Translations under genes and position numbers: made by a program | Shown: positions 50,150 through 51,178 of the stretch, one piece after another | How the letters are laid out: every line of letters starts with the position of its first letter | Position numbering within the stretch: the first letter of the stretch is position 1 | Source: Alphaproteobacteria bacterium | GTDB lineage: Bacteria; Pseudomonadota; Alphaproteobacteria; Bin95 | Assembly: GCA_022824105.1 (NCBI GenBank) | Contig: JAJEAZ010000291.1 | Span: 1 to 51,178 of the forward strand | Reading direction: 5' to 3' | DNA: 51,178 bases | The notes under the pieces: generated by a model | What the model saw: only the letters and a program-made list of their open reading frames with translations | The model's database searches: none | What the model was told of the DNA's origin: nothing

Positions 50150-51178
50150 TCACAAAATATCGGCAGCAATGCTCCCGGCGATTCGCTCCGCCGCCTCGTG
50201 GACGGAATCCTGCGCCAGGTGCGCGTATCTCGCGGTGGTCTCGATGTCGTTGTGCCCCAGCAGCTTGCCGATCACGGGCAGCGTCTCGCCGAGCGCCAGG
50301 GCGCGGGACGCAAAGCTGTGTCTGAGGTCATGGATCCGGACATCCTCCAGCTTCGCGGCCTCGCGCACGGCCTGCCAGGCCCCGTCGAGGCCGGCCGCGC
50401 TGTAACGGCCGTCCTTGTCTCTCCCCGGAAACACCCACGGGCTGCCTGCCCGGCGCGGCATGTGCTCCAGCAGCCGCACCGCCGGCGGCGGCAGCTGGAC
50501 CGTGCGCGGGCCGGACTTCGCGTCGGGCAGGCGGAGCTCGCCTGCGTCGAGATCGACATCGGCCCAGCGCAGCGCGAGGATTTCTCCCTTGCGGCAGCCG
50601 GTCAGCATAAGCAGCCGGATCGCCGCCGCCGCCATTTGCGTGACGGTCCCGTCGTCCTCGGCCTCGTCCAGCACGCGCCCCAGCCGGGCGAACTCGGCAT
50701 CGGTCAGGAAGCGCTCGCGGCCCTTCTCGGGATATTTGTCGATCCCCCGGCACGGGTTGCAGCCCGCCGGCACAAGGCCCCAGCCCTCGCCCAGACGGTA
50801 CATTTGCGCCAGCGTCTTGACCGTCCGGTTGGCCACCGCCGGACGGTCGCTGAGTTTGCGGTGCAGCTCGACCACCTGCTTGCGCTCCACCGCCTCGACC
50901 GGAAGTCTGCCGAGGGCCGGCAGGATGTGGCGGCGCAGCAGGCCGCGAAGCTTGGCTTGCGTCCTCGGCTTGAGCCGGACCTCGACATGGTCCTCCAGAT
51001 AGCGCGCCGCAAGGTCGGCCACGGTCGGGCCGCCGTTGAGCCGGGCCGCCAGCGGCAGCGGCACCGGGTCCTCGCCCGCCTTGATGCGCGTGACGATCAG
51101 CGCCGCCCTCTGCCGCGCCTCGTCGGCGTTGAGCACGCCGTGCCGGCCCACCGTCACCCGCTTCGGCCCCTCCGGCCC
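50150..51178 (-). CDS. int: Tyrosine recombinase / phage-type integrase (5' end outside the window)
   Basis: ..LMLTGCRKGEILALRWADVDL..VRIHDLRHSFASRALALGETLPVIGKLLGHNDIETTARYAHL (R, HxxR and catalytic Tyr). The frame stays open to the window edge (..GPEGPKRVTVGRHGVLNADEARQRA). Confidence 0.9.
   Translation of the reverse strand, partial: GPEGPKRVTVGRHGVLNADEARQRAALIVTRIKAGEDPVPLPLAARLNGGPTVADLAARYLEDHVEVRLKPRTQAKLRGLLRRHILPALGRLPVEAVERKQVVELHRKLSDRPAVANRTVKTLAQMYRLGEGWGLVPAGCNPCRGIDKYPEKGRERFLTDAEFARLGRVLDEAEDDGTVTQMAAAAIRLLMLTGCRKGEILALRWADVDLDAGELRLPDAKSGPRTVQLPPPAVRLLEHMPRRAGSPWVFPGRDKDGRYSAAGLDGAWQAVREAAKLEDVRIHDLRHSFASRALALGETLPVIGKLLGHNDIETTARYAHLAQDSVHEAAERIAGSIAADIL

Larger units (their letters stand above)
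1..51178. mobile_element. Segment of an integrative conjugative/mobilisable element or genomic island: backbone plus two defence-cargo blocks, integrase at the right edge
   Basis: Tyrosine integrase at 50150 to the window end. ParB-like, ssb, RadC, DUF2958, toprim, MTase-helicase and an oriT-like site are typical ICE backbone content. Visible composition shifts at the cargo blocks. No T4SS or relaxase gene lies inside the window, so ICE versus IME is undecided. Confidence 0.7.

Noticed and set aside
50064-51178. Attachment site or tRNA gene next to the integrase
   Set aside because: No tRNA-like cloverleaf or obvious direct repeat was recognised in the sequence available. The integrase 5' end and whatever lies beyond it are outside the window, so the element boundary cannot be called.

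Overview
High-GC (alphaproteobacterium-like) DNA that reads as the integrase-proximal part of an integrative conjugative or mobilisable element. No rRNA, tRNA, CRISPR array or T4SS gene was recognised. Many long ORFs in the track are antisense shadows of real genes.

Layout:
(a) 288-940: a frameshifted RHH gene next to an oriT-like module. The module has GCGTGTATCG(GT) repeats, a palindrome with 10-bp arms, and an ATCCTG|C nick core.
(b) 1.4-8.1 kb and 15.6-30.5 kb: a backbone encoded on the minus strand. It carries DUF2493/SLOG, DUF4326, an amber-interrupted toprim gene, a Macro-NADAR fusion, AlkB-like, ssb, a DprA-like SLOG protein, an MTase-helicase giant, RadC, DUF2958, a GHKL ATPase and a ParB-like protein.
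(c) Cargo block 1, 9.4-15.6 kb: a CapP/CapH-like regulator pair divergent from a Ubl-E2-JAB-E1 (Bil-type) ubiquitination-like operon whose E2-like protein has no cysteine, followed by an AbiE toxin-antitoxin pair.
(d) Cargo block 2, 31.2-50.1 kb:
- a translationally coupled DUF4338 (DruA-like) + DptF/G/H-like four-gene operon, with no dnd modification genes in view;
- an AT-richer two-gene cassette pairing a DAC-fold protein with a Cap15-like 2TM beta-barrel effector;
- a PIN gene and a fused HTH-ImmA regulator;
- a type II CBASS (CapV, CD-NTase, Cap2) with no Cap3;
- a truncated nucleotidyltransferase gene;
- an AT-rich membrane-protein gene.
(e) 50150 to the window end: a tyrosine integrase running off the edge.

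All domain calls come from motif reading of the translations, not from database searches.
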